From the IMG/VR virus record IMGVR_UViG_3300028886_000042: DNA of 64,000 nt; one strand, 5' to 3'. Position 1 is the stretch's first letter. Every line of letters begins with the position of its first letter. Below the pieces are notes generated by a model, which worked only from the letters and a program-made list of their open reading frames with translations, was not told where the DNA came from and did not search any database. This stretch comes from a virus (lineage: Duplodnaviria > Caudoviricetes). A program made the position numbers and the translations under genes. Shown in pieces: positions 47,262 to 57,435 of the stretch.

Positions 47262-48230
47262 ATGGCAAGAAAGGTGAAAATAACAGAGGAAGTTTATAAT
47301 GCGTATCTTAACGGTGGTAGTGTAAGAAAGTCAATAATTGACGAGGCTTTGCATTACCCTTATTTTTTGGATGACCTGAAAGCAGAGGCAGAATTCTGTA
47401 TTAATGAAGAAGTACATTCAATGATGAAAAACAATGAGGTTGAAAGAACATTCAATCCTGTTTTGAGGGCTAATCAATATTTCAAGAATATAACAGTAAC
47501 ACTTAAACTGTTATATAATGAGGATATAGACACTAATGAGAATTATCATGGCTCTGCTAATTCAGATGAAACTTTGGAAGATAATCTTCTGAAAAATGCA
47601 TTTCTTGATTTTACATTTCCGGTATCATATACAAAAGAGCTGAATACAGGAAAGATGGATATGGCAATAGGACATGAGATAGGTCATCTGTATGATGATT
47701 ACAGTGATTTACTACGTGGCGGTAAGGGTGTATTCAACAGAGAAAGTACACCGTCAAAGAAAACAATCCTTTTCAATAAAACAAGAATATCCCGTGACAA
47801 ACTCTTGAATGCAATAGGTTCAATAGCATACTTGTCCATATATACTGAAAGCAATTCATTTACAGCACAGATAAAGGATGAACTAAAGGGGCTAAAGGCA
47901 ACTCATGATAATATACAGGATAAGTTCAAGGAGACGGTATCTTATCAAAATCTAAGAAAAACAGAAGATGAGTTTAATGATATTATAGACAAGTATACTG
48001 AAATTGAATTATTTCATACAAACTCAAGAATACTTAATGATTATGGCAATACTGATATACCTAAAATGAACAAATATGATTTTAACGGGGAAAAATACAG
48101 AGTAATGCTTAAGAGGTGGGCTGACAGGGTTTTGAGGAAACTTGCAAATAGATACAGGGGTGTTGTTCAGTTATATAAAGATGAATTAACTGAAAGTTAT
48201 TATACCAATAATTGTTTCATTGTTTTCTAG
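47262..48230 (+). CDS. Gluzincin-like HExxH protein with ITEE leader
   Basis: MARKVKITEE; IGHEIGHLYDDY...ESNSFTAQI; distant paralog of 3715..4635. Confidence 0.6.
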   Translation: MARKVKITEEVYNAYLNGGSVRKSIIDEALHYPYFLDDLKAEAEFCINEEVHSMMKNNEVERTFNPVLRANQYFKNITVTLKLLYNEDIDTNENYHGSANSDETLEDNLLKNAFLDFTFPVSYTKELNTGKMDMAIGHEIGHLYDDYSDLLRGGKGVFNRESTPSKKTILFNKTRISRDKLLNAIGSIAYLSIYTESNSFTAQIKDELKGLKATHDNIQDKFKETVSYQNLRKTEDEFNDIIDKYTEIELFHTNSRILNDYGNTDIPKMNKYDFNGEKYRVMLKRWADRVLRKLANRYRGVVQLYKDELTESYYTNNCFIVF

Positions 48231-48367
48231 ATAAACAGATATTTTATCAAAATTTTAAGTTTTTTTAACTAAAATATACCTCCGGGCCATGAAAATGACC
48301 CGTTTTTTTGTGTTTTTAAACAATTATATATATTTATATTTAAAATAATTGGATAAATTTAGTCATA

Positions 48368-49807
48368 ATGGCAAATAATATCAGAAGCGAATATATCAAG
48401 AATCTTGTTGAGGAAAGGGATAAGTTGACACAGAAGCTTGAAGATACTACGAAGAATACCCTACAGAACATCGTAGAGGAGAGTATCAACAAACAGCTGC
48501 GTAACATGATTTCAGAAGCCAACGACGATTTTGAAGAGGAAGAGGTGAAAACCGACACTGAGGAAATTACTGACGGTGACGTAGAAAATCCTGATGATAC
48601 TGATTCAGATACAGTTGATACGGACAGTGATACTGATACTGAAGACGTTGCAGGCGCGGAAGGCAGTGATGATACTGATGATGATACTGCAAGCGAGGAA
48701 ATGTGGGACGGACTTGAGGATTTCAAAGGTGAAGACGGTGAGTATGACCTGACTGGAATGGGTAAGGAAGACGTTATCAAAGTATTGAAGGTTATGAAAC
48801 CCGAAGACGGAGTGAGAGTTGTCAAGAACGGAAACGGTAGTGTTACCTTGACGGATGACGAAACTGAAAAGGAGTATATCATTGACATTGACGGTTCAAT
48901 CGAGTCTGAGGATGAATCCGGTACAGAAGATAACGACGAAGTTACATTTGAGCTTGAGACTGATGATATGACAGATGAATGCGGAATCAGAACCGGTAAT
49001 AAGGTTAATGAGGGTGAAGTAGACCTTGGATATACCACTGAATATCAGAAGGAGACTGCAATGACAACACCTGATAACCACGAACCTGCTGACAGTAAAG
49101 AAACATATTCCATGGATGCAGGTGTTCCAACCGGTACTGATAGACCTTGGGGTAAGAACAAGGGTGACGGTAAGCCTTTTACAGAAGGCAAGGTATGTCC
49201 TAATTGTGGAAAGGAAGATTGCACCTGTAACGAGGAAGAAATCAACGAAGTCCATACCTCAACCGAAAACAGTGCACAGGCAAGGGGTACTGCTATTACA
49301 AACTCCAACAGTAACAAACACCGTAAGTTTGCAAGAAATCAGCATGAGGAGGGCAAACAGGTAAGAGGTACCGGTGAAGGTTACTCAGAGGGTACTAATG
49401 AAAGCATTCAGATTATCAAGAAGAAGGCAAATTCAATCTTCAGGGAAAACAAGGAACTGAGAAGTATTGCAGAGGCAATAAAGAATAAACTTGAAGAGGC
49501 AATTGTCGTAAACAGCAGTCTTGGCAGCATTATCAAGCTTGTAACTGAAAACAGTACCACAATCGACGAGAAGAAGGATATAATCCGAAGATTTGACAAT
49601 GTTAAGACAATAAATGAGGGCAAGGCACTCTACAACACAATTGCAGAGGAACTTAAGAGAGCAAACAAGGTCAACAACACAAGTGAGAACAAACTTGACG
49701 GACAGCTGACGGAATCAAAGAAGACAAAACTTGTTGAAACCACAATGTACCAGTCAGCAGACCTGTCAGCAACACTGAGCCTGATGGAACGCCTTAACAA
49801 AATGTAA
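48368..49807 (+). CDS. Prohead core/scaffolding protein
   Basis: Acidic and coiled-coil, directly upstream of the major capsid gene, many hydrophobic-x-E sites; TATTTAT at 48331. Confidence 0.75.
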   Translation: MANNIRSEYIKNLVEERDKLTQKLEDTTKNTLQNIVEESINKQLRNMISEANDDFEEEEVKTDTEEITDGDVENPDDTDSDTVDTDSDTDTEDVAGAEGSDDTDDDTASEEMWDGLEDFKGEDGEYDLTGMGKEDVIKVLKVMKPEDGVRVVKNGNGSVTLTDDETEKEYIIDIDGSIESEDESGTEDNDEVTFELETDDMTDECGIRTGNKVNEGEVDLGYTTEYQKETAMTTPDNHEPADSKETYSMDAGVPTGTDRPWGKNKGDGKPFTEGKVCPNCGKEDCTCNEEEINEVHTSTENSAQARGTAITNSNSNKHRKFARNQHEEGKQVRGTGEGYSEGTNESIQIIKKKANSIFRENKELRSIAEAIKNKLEEAIVVNSSLGSIIKLVTENSTTIDEKKDIIRRFDNVKTINEGKALYNTIAEELKRANKVNNTSENKLDGQLTESKKTKLVETTMYQSADLSATLSLMERLNKM

Positions 49808-49862
49808 AGACTGATATTATATAATACAAATTAAATAAAAAATAAAGAAAGTATTAAAACAT

Positions 49863-51767
49863 ATGCGTGAATTACTTACAAGCGGTGCAGTAGGCTCAAT
49901 TGAACTTAATGCACAGAAGAAAATCAGACAGGATATCCAGGAAAGATGGCAGAAACTGGGACTTGTAAACGGTCTTGAAGGTCATATTATGGAAACTGTT
50001 GCAACACTTTATGAGAATCAGGCTAAGCACCTTATATATGAGGCTACAGCATCAGATAACTCCGGTTCATTCGAAACTGTTGTGTTCCCACTGATTCGCC
50101 GTGTATTCAGCAAGCTCCTTGCAAACGATATCGTTTCAGTACAGGCTATGAACCTTCCTATCGGTAAGCTGTTCTTCATCAAGCCCGTAACTTCTGAGCG
50201 TGACTGGAACTTTGCTTCCGATACACAGATTACAGACGGTGATACAGGTCGCCACCTAGGTCTTATGGGTTATAAGAGAACACAGAAGAACCGCCTCTAT
50301 GACGCTGACGGTAATCCTGAACCTTTCGATGCAAACGACGAGAGAACATGGAACTCAAAGAACCGTTACTATCTTCCTGACGAGGTTGTACAGCCTACAC
50401 AGACTGATGCTGATACCACAACTCCAGAAGTAACGAAGTACATGAAGAAGACTCTCTATGACCTCTTCTACAATGACTTCCTCTTCGATAATTCAAAGGG
50501 TAAGGTTACTATCAAGGTAGGCAGTGCTTCAGTTGTTACTATCCTTCCTAACGGTGACTATGAGGACGTTGACCCCGCTGACATTCCGGTTAGCCCACTT
50601 GACGGTTCTATCAGCTCACTTATGCTGAAGGTTGGCGGCTTTAGCCAGTTCAATGCAGGTCATCTGATTGGCCCTGACGGTAATGAAATGGACACTGAAT
50701 CATTCCTTGCTTCTCTGAAGGTTATCACTACAAAGGACTTCACTGATGACAGTGAGGACGGTAAGTATACCACATTCAAGAAGGGTGAATCAATCCAGTT
50801 CCGTGTTGTTACACAGAAGTATGCAACAGGTCTCGTAGACTATGCTCCTACATGTGACCCACAAGGACATATCTATATCGAACTCGACCTTACAAAGCCT
50901 TGCAAGAATCAGGGTACTACAATCAACGGTTATATCGGTCTGAACCCCGATACTACTATTGACCCTGCTACTGACTTCCAGGTTGCTTGGGCTGAGTATG
51001 ACTCTCTCGAACTCGAAACCGAGATGGGTGAGGTATCATTCCAGCTGACTTCAGTTACAGTTTCCGTTGAGGAAAGAAAACTCCGTGCAACATGGTCTCC
51101 TGAGTTGGCACAAGACGTGTCCGCATTCCATAACATTGACGCAGAGGCTGAGCTGACTGCTATCCTCTCTGAGCAGATTGCTGCTGAGATTGACCGTGAA
51201 ATTCTCCGTGATATCCGTAAGTCTGCTCCTTGGAAGGCTCGTTGGGACTACAACGGATGGCAGAGAATCGGTACTCCTTCAACTGTTTATACACAGAAGG
51301 ACTGGAATCAGACTCTTATGACTAAGATTAACATGATTTCAGCACAGATTCAGAAGTCAACACTCCGTGGCGGTGCAAGCTTCATTGTTGTATCTGCTGA
51401 GATTTCAGCTGTATTGAACGACCTTGAATACTTCCATGTAACAGATGCAAGTGCCGAGAGCGAACAGTACAACATGGGTATCGAGAAAATCGGTTCTTTG
51501 CAGGGACGTTATCAGGTTATTGTTGACCCATATGCACCTCACTGGTCATTGATTATGGGACACCACGGTACATCTTTGCTTGATACAGGTTATATCTATG
51601 CACCATATATTCCCATGGCTTTGACACCTGTAATGTACAACCCGTTCAACTTTGCGCCCGTAAAGGGGATATCCACAAGATATGCTAAGAAGTTAGTAAA
51701 CAACCGTTACTACGGTGCAATTCAATGCGACGGCTTGACCCATTGGTCGACAGACGAGTTGCGTTAA
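49863..51767 (+). CDS. Major capsid protein (T4 gp23-like)
   Basis: LYENQ, PLIRRVF, IVSVQAMNLPIGKLF, RKLRATWSPELAQD...HNIDAEAEL..ILSEQIAAEIDREI, GYIYAPYIP, TRYA. Confidence 0.95.
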   Translation: MRELLTSGAVGSIELNAQKKIRQDIQERWQKLGLVNGLEGHIMETVATLYENQAKHLIYEATASDNSGSFETVVFPLIRRVFSKLLANDIVSVQAMNLPIGKLFFIKPVTSERDWNFASDTQITDGDTGRHLGLMGYKRTQKNRLYDADGNPEPFDANDERTWNSKNRYYLPDEVVQPTQTDADTTTPEVTKYMKKTLYDLFYNDFLFDNSKGKVTIKVGSASVVTILPNGDYEDVDPADIPVSPLDGSISSLMLKVGGFSQFNAGHLIGPDGNEMDTESFLASLKVITTKDFTDDSEDGKYTTFKKGESIQFRVVTQKYATGLVDYAPTCDPQGHIYIELDLTKPCKNQGTTINGYIGLNPDTTIDPATDFQVAWAEYDSLELETEMGEVSFQLTSVTVSVEERKLRATWSPELAQDVSAFHNIDAEAELTAILSEQIAAEIDREILRDIRKSAPWKARWDYNGWQRIGTPSTVYTQKDWNQTLMTKINMISAQIQKSTLRGGASFIVVSAEISAVLNDLEYFHVTDASAESEQYNMGIEKIGSLQGRYQVIVDPYAPHWSLIMGHHGTSLLDTGYIYAPYIPMALTPVMYNPFNFAPVKGISTRYAKKLVNNRYYGAIQCDGLTHWSTDELR

Positions 51768-51802
51768 TTTGCTGATAATCAGTTACTTACGATATTTTAT
51801 TA

Positions 51803-51838
51803 AAGAAAGGGTTAAGTTATTTAACCCTTTCTTTTTTG
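51803..51838 (+). terminator. Rho-independent terminator after the major capsid gene
   Basis: AGAAAGGGTTAA-GTTAT-TTAACCCTTTCT plus T-tract. Confidence 0.8.
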
Positions 51839-52020
51839 TTCCTTATTAATAGTCAAGATATACCCTTTATAATCCGTTTAATTTACGACCCTCTTAAAGG
51901 TGTGACCTTGAAAATACCTATTTATTTTTGACATTTTTTTTGAAAAATCTAACTATTTATATTTGGTTATATAAAAATAAAGCAGTATATTTGCAACGAA
52001 ATTAAAAGGTTTAATAAAAA

Positions 52021-53694
52021 ATGAGAAAAAAGGTAATTTTAGATGAAAGTACAATTTGTAGTGAATATTTGAATGAAAGGGTTGGTGTTGAGACGTTAGC
52101 CTTGAAATATCATACCGGTAAAAAAAAGATTAAGGAAATATTAGGTAAGAATGGAATAGGGATAAAGAAAAGGGGCAAACAGCCTCTTACGGGTAATTTT
52201 GTATTATCTGATTGGAAGATTGAGAAATATCCGAAAGTAGAAGGTAAGTTTTATGTTGCTGTTGATAGGAATGATGGTTTTACAACAACTGACTACAAGA
52301 ATAAGGCAGGTGTATTAACATCACATATTAAGGAGAAATATAGTATAGACATACCGACACTTTATGACAGACGTGTGTATTACATGAGAACCGGAAACTA
52401 TTGGTGGGAACAGTGGTTTGACATAATTCTAAAAGATAAAGTACAAACAAAAAAATGTCCTTATTGTAATTGGGAAACAAAGGATATTAATAATCTAAGT
52501 GGGGTATTTGAGGTACATCTTAACAAAAAGCACTGTATGACAAAGTTTGAATACCTTGAAGAACATCCTGAAGACAGGGATTATTTTGCATTGGTTTCCC
52601 CTATTTTAAACAGACAGATGGAAACAAACCCTGATAATTATGTTATTTGTAAAATTTGTGGTAAGAAAGTCAGTCATATAGGTGGAAATCATATAAAATC
52701 ACATAATATGACATTAGAAAACTATGTAAGTATTTATGGTGATAAGGATATTGTTTGTAAGAATTTCCACGATAGCATGTCTAAATTTGCAATTAAAGCA
52801 AATACTGAAATGACACCTGTTAAGAGTTCAAAAGATGAATTGGAAATAAAGAGATTTATAGAAAAACATGGTGTATTATGTAAGCCTGACAGGTCTATTT
52901 TAAATGGTAGGGAAATTGATATATTCATACCATCCATGAATATTGGTATTGAATATAACGGTAATAAGTGGCACACAGAATTTTTCGGTAAGAAAAACAG
53001 GTATTACCACATATCAAAAAAGAATGACTGCTTAAAGAAGGGTGTGAGGTTAATTCAGATATTTGAAGATGAGTATACTTTACATAAGGATATTGTTATG
53101 AGTAAGCTTTCGCATATTCTTGGGTTTGATGGTAATAAGCCTAAAATATATGGCCGTAAATGTGAAATTAGGACTGTGTTAAAAAGTGAGGCTGATATAT
53201 TCTTAGAGAAATATCATATACAAGGTACTACACATTTTACTGTATCATTGGGGGCTTATTATAATGCCATGCTAATTGGTGTGATGTGTTTTTGTGTATT
53301 ACCTGATAATAATTGGGAGCTTGTAAGGTTTGCCTCGGATTATCATTTCAGGTGTAGTGGAGTTGGCGGTAAGCTCTTTAAGTATTTTGTAAGCAATTAT
53401 GAATTTAATGAAATAAAGTCATTTGCTGACAGAAGGTGGACAATTAATGAAGAGGATAATTTATACACTAAACTTGGGTTTATAAATGATGGTGTAACCA
53501 AACCATCCTTTACCTATTATTTTCCTAAATTATATGGCTGTGAGAGAAAACACAAATTAACGTTAAAGAAGACAAAAATGCTTAAGGAGCATCCTGAGTT
53601 TGAAGGTATGACAGAAAAGGAAATGACTCAAGAATTAGGTTATGACCGTATTTGGGATTGTGGGTTAATCAGATATATTTATAGGAATTCATGA
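52021..53694 (+). CDS. Hef-like endonuclease with Zn fingers and C-terminal GNAT/Mom-like region
   Basis: CPYC/CKICG fingers; EIDIFIP...GIEYNG..WH; ELVRFAS...GVGGKLF...SFADRRW...YTKLGF; RIWDCG. Confidence 0.7.
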   Translation: MRKKVILDESTICSEYLNERVGVETLALKYHTGKKKIKEILGKNGIGIKKRGKQPLTGNFVLSDWKIEKYPKVEGKFYVAVDRNDGFTTTDYKNKAGVLTSHIKEKYSIDIPTLYDRRVYYMRTGNYWWEQWFDIILKDKVQTKKCPYCNWETKDINNLSGVFEVHLNKKHCMTKFEYLEEHPEDRDYFALVSPILNRQMETNPDNYVICKICGKKVSHIGGNHIKSHNMTLENYVSIYGDKDIVCKNFHDSMSKFAIKANTEMTPVKSSKDELEIKRFIEKHGVLCKPDRSILNGREIDIFIPSMNIGIEYNGNKWHTEFFGKKNRYYHISKKNDCLKKGVRLIQIFEDEYTLHKDIVMSKLSHILGFDGNKPKIYGRKCEIRTVLKSEADIFLEKYHIQGTTHFTVSLGAYYNAMLIGVMCFCVLPDNNWELVRFASDYHFRCSGVGGKLFKYFVSNYEFNEIKSFADRRWTINEEDNLYTKLGFINDGVTKPSFTYYFPKLYGCERKHKLTLKKTKMLKEHPEFEGMTEKEMTQELGYDRIWDCGLIRYIYRNS

Positions 53695-55211
53695 AAACTG
53701 TTGAAGAGAGGAAGGATGATTTTATAAGGAGGGCAAAGGAAGTCCATAAGGGTGAAAACCTTGACTATTCGCAGGTTTTTTATGTCGATAACAGAACACC
53801 GGTAAAAATTATAGACAAAACTTTAGGCGAGTTTTGGCAGACTCCTTCTAATCATTTAAGGGGCAGCTCTCATCCTGACAGACGCGGAAGTAAGATATCA
53901 GAGTCAAAGAAGATGTCACAGGAGGAAGTGATTAGTAGGTTTATGGAGGTACATGCAGGTGAAAATCTTGACTATTCGCAGGTTGAGTATAATGGAATGC
54001 ATGTAAAGGTTAAGATAATATCCCACGAACTTCGTCCTGACGGTACTGAATACGGTGAATTCTGGCAGGAACCTGCCGTACACTTAAAAGGCTGTACGCA
54101 TCCTGATATATCAAGGGACAGACAGATTGAGAGACAGACTTCTAATACTGAGGAATTTATAAGAAAGGCGAAGTATATACATTCGACAAAAAACTATGAT
54201 TATTGCCGCGTTAATTATGTCAATAATAGGACTAAGGTTGAAATTATCTGTAATAAAATCGGTTCAAACGGTAAGCCTCACGGTATTTTCAGCATATCGC
54301 CTGATAATTTTCTAAGGGGTGAAGGCTGTCCTAAATGTGGAAATCATATATCAACAGGTGAGGATTATATTTATAATGAATTGTGTTCTTATTTTAATAA
54401 GGGTGAAATAATCAGGAATGACAGAAGTCTGTTAGACGGTTCAGAGTTGGATTTATACATACCGTCAAAGGGTGTTGCTATTGAGTTCAACGGATTACGC
54501 TGGCATTCGGAGAAATTCGGCAAGGATAAGTACTATCATTTGAAAAAGACACTGTTATGTAAGGAAAAAGGTATTACTTTGCTGCATATATTCGAGGATG
54601 AGTATATTTCAAGGAAGGAGATTGTACTGTCAAAGATTAGAAACATATTAGGATTAAACACAGGTTTGGAAAGGATAGGTGCGAGAAAATGTACCATAAA
54701 GGAAATTGACTATAAGAGTGCTTCTGTTTTTCTTGAAAATAACCATATTCAGGGAAAATGCAAAGCAAGTGTATATTTAGGCTTGTATCGTAATGAGAAA
54801 TTAGTAAGTGTAATGCTGTTTACCCATGAAAAGGGTGGTAAATGGATTTTGGTGCGTTTTGCTTCTGATATACATTATATAGTACAGGGTGCAGCTTCTA
54901 AGTTGTTTTCCTATTTCATAAGTAAGTATGAATTTACTGAAATAAGGACTTTTCTTGACAGACGGTTTGAGAATAACGCAGAGGATAATGTATATATAAA
55001 GTTAGGATTTGGGATTGACTCGTATTTGAAGCCTGATTATTATTACACAAACGGTCATGGTATAAGGAGGCACAAGTTCGGATTCAGGAAGAAGATATTA
55101 AGCAGAAAGTACGGTTTTCCGTTAACCATGACTGAATCTGAGATGGTAAGTCAGTTAGGATATTATAAAATATGGAATTGCGGTCTTATAGCCTACGTTT
55201 TTAACTGTTGA
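53691..55211 (+). CDS. Second Hef-like endonuclease with different N-terminal repeats
   Basis: LDYSQV.Y repeats; ELDLYIP...AIEFNG..WH; LVRFAS...GAASKLF...TFLDRRF...YIKLGF; KIWNCG. Confidence 0.7.
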   Translation: MKTVEERKDDFIRRAKEVHKGENLDYSQVFYVDNRTPVKIIDKTLGEFWQTPSNHLRGSSHPDRRGSKISESKKMSQEEVISRFMEVHAGENLDYSQVEYNGMHVKVKIISHELRPDGTEYGEFWQEPAVHLKGCTHPDISRDRQIERQTSNTEEFIRKAKYIHSTKNYDYCRVNYVNNRTKVEIICNKIGSNGKPHGIFSISPDNFLRGEGCPKCGNHISTGEDYIYNELCSYFNKGEIIRNDRSLLDGSELDLYIPSKGVAIEFNGLRWHSEKFGKDKYYHLKKTLLCKEKGITLLHIFEDEYISRKEIVLSKIRNILGLNTGLERIGARKCTIKEIDYKSASVFLENNHIQGKCKASVYLGLYRNEKLVSVMLFTHEKGGKWILVRFASDIHYIVQGAASKLFSYFISKYEFTEIRTFLDRRFENNAEDNVYIKLGFGIDSYLKPDYYYTNGHGIRRHKFGFRKKILSRKYGFPLTMTESEMVSQLGYYKIWNCGLIAYVFNC

Positions 55212-55249
55212 GACATATTTATAATATATAGGTTTTTTTAGGAAAGAAG

Positions 55250-55927
55250 ATGTTCGGATTAGATAAAAACGAAGGGATAAATATTGTTGAAAACGTAATT
55301 GAACGCCTTGTAAAAGAGGGTATTATGGATATTGAAGATACTGATGATAATCATTTCATTAACGACAATAACAGTATAATACTGAGGCTTATTGATGATA
55401 TGTGTGAAGGCTTAGGTCAATATACCGGATGTGATATGGATGACTATGAGGCATTTGCTGAGTTCGGTGACCTGATTGTTGTTGTAAGTGTTGATGATGA
55501 CGGTTATATCTATGTAAGCCGTATAGACGGAAGTGTTACCGGTGGTAAGAATGCTTCTGCTGAAGTATGGAATGACGTATGTTCGTTTATAGGTAAGATT
55601 AACAGTTTTGGCAAGAAGTTGGATGAACTTCAGATTTCAGGCAGTAATCCTACTGTTGAGAGCGTTGTCAGGGAAAGTGAGGAAGAATTCAAGAATAATC
55701 AGAATTATACTCATTTTGCAGTCAATAAAGATACCGGTAAGATTGTTAACGGTTGGGATTATTCTGATTATGATTCGGATGAATTAAAGGCATTTAAGAA
55801 GGATTATTTCTTTGCCGACTTGATTGACTATGACTTAGACCCGAAACAGTATAAGATACTGTCTGATGCGACTTTAAGGAAACGTGGAATAGACCCAGAT
55901 GATAATTCAAACTGGGCACAGAACTGA
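55250..55927 (+). CDS. Hypothetical late protein with leader-like segments
   Basis: IVENVIERLVKE and VESVVRES; TATTTAT at 55216. Confidence 0.65.
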   Translation: MFGLDKNEGINIVENVIERLVKEGIMDIEDTDDNHFINDNNSIILRLIDDMCEGLGQYTGCDMDDYEAFAEFGDLIVVVSVDDDGYIYVSRIDGSVTGGKNASAEVWNDVCSFIGKINSFGKKLDELQISGSNPTVESVVRESEEEFKNNQNYTHFAVNKDTGKIVNGWDYSDYDSDELKAFKKDYFFADLIDYDLDPKQYKILSDATLRKRGIDPDDNSNWAQN

Positions 55928-55935
55928 TAATACAT

Positions 55936-55967
55936 AAAATGCAGCCATTTCGGACTGCATTTTTTTT
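55936..55967. terminator. Bidirectional terminator
   Basis: AAAATGCAGCC-ATTTC-GGACTGCATTTT between convergent genes. Confidence 0.7.
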
Positions 55968-55968
55968 G

Positions 55969-57405
55969 CTACATAAAGTGTTCCTTTGCCTCGTTTATGA
56001 TGTCGAATTCGAGTATACCCCTATGGTATATTTCCTCCATATCATACTTTGCCTTTATGTCGATATAGTATCTTGAAGGTATCAGTTCGTTTGTATTTAT
56101 ATAGAAATAGTTTGAGTTGTACCCTCTTTCGACTTTTGAGTATCTGATTACCTCCACTTCATTTTCGCCCTGTTTTGTGTATAATCTGTATTCAAGGTTA
56201 TCCACTGCATACAGTTGGTCTGTAGTATAGGGTATTTTACAGTCAATTGACACTTTTCTTATATCACCTCTTTTGATACGTTCGAGATTATTGATACCAT
56301 ACAGGAACGGTTTGAACTTTTCAGTACCCTTTGTTTCAGAAGGTAAACCGAATGAATAATAACCGTCCGATGACTTTGTTACAAAATAAAGTTCCACATC
56401 TTTAATATGCTGTCCCTTGTACTTTATGTTGCTCCATGTGTCATAGTACATGGTATCAGTTTCATATTCCGATGAATTCATTCTGATATTCACGTAGTAA
56501 ACACCCTTTGTTGCTTGTTTTACGGCCATTTCAGAGCCGTTTATCTCACAGGTGGGCAGTTCATCCAAGTTAACGTTTTCGCCGCCTACTGAGGCGTAGA
56601 AATAGAGTTTATTATCCTTATCAAGGAAGAAGTCACCTCTGTCATCATCAATTGTTTCATTATAAGTTGTTTCTATATAGGGTTCGTAGAATGAATTTGT
56701 ATGCTGTGTAAAGAATCCTACATACTGTGTCATAAGAGTGTGCGTAAGTTCATACTGAGGTGAGTATGCTATTCCTATTCCGTAATTGCATAATTCGCCG
56801 GCGATGAATTTGTTGAAAATTTCGGTAATGTCAAGTTCTATAGGTTCGTTTCCGTAGTCGAAATGCTGATACCCTATTATGACTTTTGACAGGTTACCTT
56901 CCTTTGATGTGAACAAGTCCAGTTCCTTTGAGAGTCTGTCTGTTGAGTATATACCATCCTCATCCCATTTGCAGTAGTTTTTAAACTGATACCAGCTGCT
57001 TCCGTCGGTTGACACTGAACGGTGGTCTCTGTCATATAGGTCTAAAACGAAATCAAATCCTCTTCCGTTATCCCAGTCGTTCGGTATGAGGAAGAATATA
57101 AGGTCGAATGACATGGCGCGTTTCTTATGCTCATGATATTCACTGTCAAGCATCGGACAGTTTATGTTCCTGTCGTTCACGGATGCCGCGTTTGTCATGT
57201 GCAGCACATGTTTGAGTTTCGTTATGTCGGGATATACCTTATCCTCAACCATTTTCCTTACCTTATTATGGTCAAAGTATATCATACCCCTCGTAAGAGC
57301 CTTGCCATAGTCAAGTTCAAGTATAGGGTTAAGGCTTGTGTTGGCATAGTTATCCTTTATTATAGTATTGCATTTTGAAAGAAATGTCTTAGTATTAATA
57401 GCCAT
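55969..57405 (-). CDS. Probable virion structural protein
   Basis: 478 aa, beta-rich; TATTTAT at 57426-57432 (-); next to the spike gene. Confidence 0.6.
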   Translation of the reverse strand: MAINTKTFLSKCNTIIKDNYANTSLNPILELDYGKALTRGMIYFDHNKVRKMVEDKVYPDITKLKHVLHMTNAASVNDRNINCPMLDSEYHEHKKRAMSFDLIFFLIPNDWDNGRGFDFVLDLYDRDHRSVSTDGSSWYQFKNYCKWDEDGIYSTDRLSKELDLFTSKEGNLSKVIIGYQHFDYGNEPIELDITEIFNKFIAGELCNYGIGIAYSPQYELTHTLMTQYVGFFTQHTNSFYEPYIETTYNETIDDDRGDFFLDKDNKLYFYASVGGENVNLDELPTCEINGSEMAVKQATKGVYYVNIRMNSSEYETDTMYYDTWSNIKYKGQHIKDVELYFVTKSSDGYYSFGLPSETKGTEKFKPFLYGINNLERIKRGDIRKVSIDCKIPYTTDQLYAVDNLEYRLYTKQGENEVEVIRYSKVERGYNSNYFYINTNELIPSRYYIDIKAKYDMEEIYHRGILEFDIINEAKEHFM

Positions 57406-57435
57406 TGTTAAAAAACGTTATGTTAATAAATATTA

